64,000 nucleotides of DNA from Candidatus Nanoarchaeia archaeon (lineage in GTDB: Archaea > Nanobdellota > Nanobdellia > SCGC-AAA011-G17 > GW2011-AR18): contig DATDWR010000012.1 in assembly GCA_035289605.1 (NCBI GenBank), positions 4,792 to 68,791 of the forward strand. The letters run 5' to 3'. Position 1 is the first letter of the stretch. Each line of letters opens with the position of its first letter. The notes beneath the pieces were generated by a model, which saw only the letters and a list, made by a program, of their open reading frames with translations, was not told the DNA's origin and ran no database searches. This document shows positions 58,303 through 64,000 of this stretch, piece after piece. The position numbers and the translations under genes are program-made.

Positions 58303-58554
58303 ATGAAAGGAGATAAATATAAATCTAAATTAATAGAAATTATTGATGATACAGTGATAGCAATTGGGAAAAATGATTATGAAAAGGCTAAATATAATCT
58401 TGATAGTTTAAGTGTAGAGTTTAACTCAATGTCTCCTGATGCTTTTATGGGCAGTAAATCAATATTCGCAATTATATTATATGCTAGCTATTGTGCTTTA
58501 AAAATCCAATTTGATAAAAGTTGTGAAGAGAAATATTTATTGGGGTTGTCGTAA
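58303..58554 (+). CDS. Hypothetical 83-aa protein encoded between gyrB and gyrA
   Basis: The ATG lies 2 nt after the gyrB TAA and its TAA abuts the gyrA ATG. One hydrophobic segment (IFAIILYASYCAL). Confidence 0.5.
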   Translation: MKGDKYKSKLIEIIDDTVIAIGKNDYEKAKYNLDSLSVEFNSMSPDAFMGSKSIFAIILYASYCALKIQFDKSCEEKYLLGLS

Positions 58555-61299
58555 ATGGCAGTTGAAGAAAATCAAAAGATAAAACTAATAGTAGTAGAAC
58601 AGCAGCTGAGAGAGGCTTATCTAGATTATAGCATGTCTGTAATAGTGGGAAGAGCATTGCCTGATGTAAGAGATGGACTTAAGCCTGTGCATAGAAGAAT
58701 TTTATTTGCGATGCATGATATGGGCTTGTCTCATAACAAATCTTTTGTGAAATGTGCAAGAATAGTTGGAGAATGTTTTAAATATCATCCTCATGGAGAT
58801 GCTGCTGTATATGATTCATTAGTTAGAATGGCTCAGGATTTTAGTTTAAGATATCCACTGGTTTCTGGCCACGGCAATTTTGGTAGCCAAGATAGTTTTG
58901 GCGAGCCAGCAGCCATGAGATATACAGAAGCAAAGTTAAGCAAAATAGCGCAAGAATTACTAGAGGATCTAGAAAAAGAAACTGTACAATTTGCTCCAAA
59001 TTTCGACGGAAGCATGCAGGAACCTTTAGTTCTTCCCTCAAAGATACCAAACTTATTATTGAACGGTTCAAGCGGTATTGCTGTAGGTATGACTACTAAC
59101 ATTCCACCTCATAATATTAATGAAATTTGTGATGCAACAATTCTACTTTTAGAAAATGAAGAAGGTGAATTTAACAAAATACTAGAATGCATAAAAGGAC
59201 CTGACTTTCCAACAGGAGCACAGATCATAGGGACAGAAGGCATCAGACAGGCGTACAAAACAGGAAAGGGAAGAATAATTGTAAGAGCAAAAGCCAACAT
59301 AGAAAAAGATGTAATAATAATTAATGAAATACCTTACCAAATAAACAAGTCAGCCTTGATAGAGCAGATAGCAGATTTGGTAAAGGAAAAGACTATTGAA
59401 GGAATTTCAGACATTAGAGATGAAAGCGACAGGGAAGGAATGAGTATAGTTATTGAATTAAAAAAAGCAGCAAATCCTGAATTAATACTCAACCAATTAT
59501 ACAAGCACTCACAGCTACAAACTACATTTGGAATAATTAATCTGGCACTAGTCAATAATGAGCCTAAAGTATTGAGCTTGAAAGAACTAATTTTAGAGTT
59601 CATAAAGCACAGGAAAAATGTAATTGTAAAAAGAACAAAATATGACTTAAGAAAGGCAGAAGAACGTGACCACATACTGCAGGGACTATTAACGGCATTA
59701 AGACAGATCGATGATGTTATAGCATTGATAAGAGCAAGCAATGATGTTGATGAAGCAAAAACAGGATTAATATCAAATTTTATTCTAACAGAAATTCAAG
59801 CAAGTGCAATACTAGAAATGAAATTATCTAGATTAGCAGCACTGGAACAGCAGAAAATACTAGACGAACACAATGAATTATTGAAGTTTATACAAGAAAT
59901 GAAAGACATTTTAGCATCAGAAAAAAGAGTAAAAGCAATAATCAAAGATGAATTAATCTATTTAAAGAATGTTTATGGCGACAAAAGAAAAACTGAAATT
60001 ATCCAAGGTGAAGAAGAAGTTATAGATAATGAAGACTTGATAGAAGAAGAGCAAGTAGTAATAACAGCAACGCATTCTGGCTACGTAAAGCGACAATCGC
60101 TAGACGTCTACCGCGCCCAGCGTAGGGGTGGAAAAGGAATAATTGGAACTGAAATTAAAGACGAAAATGATTTTGTGGAACACTTATTTATTGCCAGCAC
60201 TCATAGCTATATTTTAATATTTACGGATCAGGGAATGGTTCATTGGTTGAAATCTTATCAGATCCCAGAATCAGGAAGGTACGCAAAAGGAACAGCAATA
60301 GTCAACTTGATAAAACTCGGAACTAATGAGAAGATTGCAGCAATGATTTCTGTAGATAGTTTCGAAGAAAGCAAATTCTTGTTGATGGCAACTAAAAATG
60401 GAGTAATTAAAAAAACCCAGCTGTCAGAATATGGAAATCCAAGACAAGGAGGAATCATTGCAATAAATCTAAGAGAAAATGATAAATTAATTGGTGTAGA
60501 CATTACTGACGGAACAGGACAAATAATACTAGCTACAAAAGATGGAAGGGCTGTAAGATTTAAAGAAATTGATTTGAACATAGTTGGAAGAAACAGCATT
60601 GGTGTTAGGGGAATTAATGTAAGAAACTCTGAAGTTGTGGGAATGGAAATAGTGAAATCACCATATATACTTACAGTAACAGAAAGGGGATATGGAAAAA
60701 GAAGCAGGGTTGAAGACTATAGGCTGATTAATAGAGGAGGAAGCGGCGTTACCAATGTCAAGATTACAGAAAAGAACGGAAAGGTTGTGAGCATAAAAAT
60801 TGTCGATGAAAATGATGAAATATTGTTAATAAGCAAGAATGGAGTTATAATAAGGACAAGTGTCAAGAGCATTTCGACAGTCGGTAGGAACAGCCAGGGA
60901 GTAAGAGTAATGAATTTAGATGAAGGCGATAGGATTGCAACTGTAGCCACTATTCTTGGAGAGAATGGAGATTTGGAATTAAAGAAAGAAGAATATAAAC
61001 CGAGCGAAAATAGGGCGGATGACAACGGTCATGAGGCAGCAGATATTTCTGAAACAGATATACATAATGGAAATGAGATTATAGAAGATGAAACAGGCAA
61101 TGAAAATTTAGACGAAGAAAATATTTTAGAAAAAAATGAAATAAAAAAAGAAACTGAAAGCATAAGAATAAATGAAAATAAGATTTTAACTGAAGAAGAA
61201 GTTAAAGAATTCTTAAAAGAAAATTTAGAGGTAGATAATTCTGAGGAAAAACCTTCTAAAAAAGATTTTACTTTGGAAGGTTATAAAGAGAATTATTAG
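58555..61299 (+). CDS. gyrA: DNA gyrase subunit A with an acidic C-terminal extension
   Basis: Active-site AAMRYTEAKL, GyrA box QRRGGKG, beta-pinwheel repeats and a Glu/Asp/Asn-rich tail. Stop is TAG. Confidence 0.9.
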   Translation: MAVEENQKIKLIVVEQQLREAYLDYSMSVIVGRALPDVRDGLKPVHRRILFAMHDMGLSHNKSFVKCARIVGECFKYHPHGDAAVYDSLVRMAQDFSLRYPLVSGHGNFGSQDSFGEPAAMRYTEAKLSKIAQELLEDLEKETVQFAPNFDGSMQEPLVLPSKIPNLLLNGSSGIAVGMTTNIPPHNINEICDATILLLENEEGEFNKILECIKGPDFPTGAQIIGTEGIRQAYKTGKGRIIVRAKANIEKDVIIINEIPYQINKSALIEQIADLVKEKTIEGISDIRDESDREGMSIVIELKKAANPELILNQLYKHSQLQTTFGIINLALVNNEPKVLSLKELILEFIKHRKNVIVKRTKYDLRKAEERDHILQGLLTALRQIDDVIALIRASNDVDEAKTGLISNFILTEIQASAILEMKLSRLAALEQQKILDEHNELLKFIQEMKDILASEKRVKAIIKDELIYLKNVYGDKRKTEIIQGEEEVIDNEDLIEEEQVVITATHSGYVKRQSLDVYRAQRRGGKGIIGTEIKDENDFVEHLFIASTHSYILIFTDQGMVHWLKSYQIPESGRYAKGTAIVNLIKLGTNEKIAAMISVDSFEESKFLLMATKNGVIKKTQLSEYGNPRQGGIIAINLRENDKLIGVDITDGTGQIILATKDGRAVRFKEIDLNIVGRNSIGVRGINVRNSEVVGMEIVKSPYILTVTERGYGKRSRVEDYRLINRGGSGVTNVKITEKNGKVVSIKIVDENDEILLISKNGVIIRTSVKSISTVGRNSQGVRVMNLDEGDRIATVATILGENGDLELKKEEYKPSENRADDNGHEAADISETDIHNGNEIIEDETGNENLDEENILEKNEIKKETESIRINENKILTEEEVKEFLKENLEVDNSEEKPSKKDFTLEGYKENY

Positions 61300-61616
61300 A
61301 AAAGTTACAGCCGCCTTAGTCGCAGGATTAATAGGAATAAGTTCTCAGAATTCAGCATACGCAGAGGAGAAGGTAAATAAAGAAGCCGGACTAGAAAATA
61401 TAGTTGAACAAGACACATTGACTATATGGAAAATCTATTTGCCTCTACCCAAAAAGATTTTTTAAACTTTATGGACATCCAAATAAAATAATAAACTTAA
61501 GCAGAAAAAAGAAAGTAAAAATTTCGCCAGTATTTGTAGGCTCAAATGATGAAACAGCACAACAATTAAGACAAGTCGCAAAAAGAACAGGAGGAGAATA
61601 TTATATCAGAAACTAA
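61296..61616 (+). pseudogene. Eroded remnant of a secreted vWA-like protein gene
   Basis: Signal-peptide-like RKVTAALVAGLIGISSQNSAYAEEK without a start codon, and a separate frame ending VFVGSNDETAQQLRQVAKRTGGEYYIRN-stop. The middle of the gene is missing. Confidence 0.45.
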
Positions 61617-61993
61617 TCATAATATTTATCCTTATTCACTTTCTTAATAAACACAAACAATTTTCTAGAAATCTTGTCAATATTCTCATATAACAATTTA
61701 AAATCAAATTCATTAACATACTTCAGATCCTTACACAACAACAATAAGACTTCTAACTCTCTCACAGATCCATAAGCATAATTCAAAAACTGCAAATAAC
61801 TTCTTTTTGTATATCTTGCAGATCCTTCAGCAATATTCAAAGGCACAGAAACAGCAGCTCTTCTTATTTGAGAAATCAGGTTATTTACTTCGCTTTCAGG
61901 AAATGATTCAGTAACTCTATAAAGTTCCAATACTAAAGCATAACTTAATTGCCACACTTCAAGTTTGTGAAAATTTCTAGCCATAAATATCAA
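61613..61993 (-). CDS. Four-helix-bundle protein (23S rRNA intervening-sequence protein family)
   Basis: FHKLEVWQLSYALVLELYRVT...ISQIRRAAVSVPLNIAEGSAR...YGSVRELE. Confidence 0.8.
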   Translation of the reverse strand: MIFMARNFHKLEVWQLSYALVLELYRVTESFPESEVNNLISQIRRAAVSVPLNIAEGSARYTKRSYLQFLNYAYGSVRELEVLLLLCKDLKYVNEFDFKLLYENIDKISRKLFVFIKKVNKDKYYD

Positions 61994-62092
61994 TGATTAT
62001 TAGAATTAAAATCTCTTTCCTAAGTTTTTCCAGAAACTTTCTAAAATAATCCGAGAAAATTATATAAATAAGTATTGCTATATATTTATAAT

Positions 62093-62233
62093 ATGGAAAC
62101 TGTAACAATATCAAAAAAGGAGTATGAAAAATTAAAGAAAAAAACAGAGGTAGACTGGGAGCTAGTAAATCACTTAAAAAGGAGCTTTAAAGACATCAAA
62201 AATGGCAGAATAAGAGAATGGAAAGGAAAATAA
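62093..62233 (+). CDS. Small hypothetical protein (46 aa), antitoxin-like
   Basis: METVTISKKEYEKLKKKTEVDWELVNHLKRSFKDIKNGRIREWKGK. Convergent with the RelE-like gene and abutting it. Confidence 0.35.
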   Translation: METVTISKKEYEKLKKKTEVDWELVNHLKRSFKDIKNGRIREWKGK

Positions 62234-62503
62234 TTAACCTCTTAAGTTTTTTAATACATAGTGTTTATAGTCTTCCAGGTTTCTTATAATTTCATTAATC
62301 GTTGCCTGCTGAGTTTTCTTATCGCTTATTCCAACAACCAATATAACAGATAATTCATTATAAACTAGAAAATAGATTCTCTTGCTGTTAAGATATTTTT
62401 CCCTAAAATAATCCAGTCCCGATAACGGCTTTCCAATATTATCCCCTTGTTCTCCAAGCCTATTAATTATTTTATTAATCCTTATTTGTTCTGAGTTATC
62501 CAA
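62234..62503 (-). CDS. RelE/ParE-superfamily toxin-like protein, start codon uncertain
   Basis: GKPLSGLDYFREKYLNSKRIYFLVYNELSVILVVGISDKK. The frame stays open upstream to 62554 (FTFRIFTTEEFYSKYNAL) without an ATG; the ORF track uses a TTG. Confidence 0.55.
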   Translation of the reverse strand: MDNSEQIRINKIINRLGEQGDNIGKPLSGLDYFREKYLNSKRIYFLVYNELSVILVVGISDKKTQQATINEIIRNLEDYKHYVLKNLRG

Positions 62504-62763
62504 AGCATTATATTTACTATAAAATTCTTCTGTTGTAAAAATTCTGAACGTAAATTATATTTGGTTTTAAATTTAAAAAGCCTTTAGCAAAAAATTTCGG
62601 AAACCTTTCAATAAGTTCAGAAAGAAGGTGCGGAAACATATGGTTTCTGCCCAGAAAGCTTCAATTATGAAAAATTAATTCAAAGCTTTCCTAAAATAAT
62701 TAACAAATTAATTTCATATTTCAATCCAAAACTTTTTAAATTAAAGTAAATTCTAAAATATTT

Positions 62764-62868
62764 ATGAAGAGATCAAGTCGTAGATGGAAGAAAAAAAGGC
62801 AAATGCGTTGGAAGTGGCAGCGCAAAAGAATGAAAAAGGAAAAAAGAAGAAGAAAAGCAAATAGATAA
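62764..62868 (+). CDS. rpl41e: Ribosomal protein L41e (eL41)
   Basis: 34-aa MKRSSRRWKKKRQMRWKWQRKRMKKEKRRRKANR matches the archaeal eL41 pattern. Confidence 0.8.
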   Translation: MKRSSRRWKKKRQMRWKWQRKRMKKEKRRRKANR

Positions 62869-63034
62869 TGGCAAGCTTTAAATATCAGTTTTTATTTCTT
62901 TGGATGTAAATGAAGGATATAAGCAATTATATCCTGAAATTTCAATATTTTACAGAGATGTGAATACTTAAAATTTTTTAAGTATGAGAGAGTAAATCGA
63001 TAGAGTAGTGATCTCTTTTCAATGCGACCAGAAA

Positions 63035-64000
<966 letters not shown>

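Overview
AT-rich, gene-dense archaeal chromosome segment. Archaeal markers: an HMf-type histone, the rpoE'-spt4-S24e-S27ae cluster, eL41, an archaeal/eukaryal-type TrpRS, a DRG-type GTPase, an archaeal 16S 5' end, and bulge-helix-bulge (BHB) tRNA introns. Small gene sizes, many orphan genes, exported surface proteins and heavy gene decay suggest a DPANN-like reduced genome; that placement is inference only. Housekeeping content: aspS (partial), trmI, trpS, lhr, smc, gyrB/gyrA, a 2-oxoacid:ferredoxin oxidoreductase, a redox toolkit (peroxiredoxin, SOD, monothiol Grx/BolA, IscA fusion), several PIN/RHH toxin-antitoxin pairs, four tRNA genes and the first ~970 nt of a 16S rRNA gene. Points worth a second look: (1) a possible dispersed family of Arg/Ala/Glu-rich orphan proteins, each wedged singly between conserved operons; (2) all four tRNA genes carry introns at 37/38, one has an A34 (ACG) anticodon, and the tRNA-Trp intron has box C/D-like features; (3) large LAGLIDADG inteins in the SMC Walker A loop and in GyrB; (4) a ~108-nt insertion in the 790 loop of the 16S rRNA; (5) a five-gene exported-protein cluster (transglutaminase-like, PKD, S-layer-like) interleaved with tRNAs; (6) a TA cassette flanked by a duplicated korB 3' end; (7) an unusually high load of decayed genes; (8) a very stable UUCG hairpin that looks like a small plus-strand RNA. 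All calls come from reading the sequence and the ORF track by eye. No searches were run.
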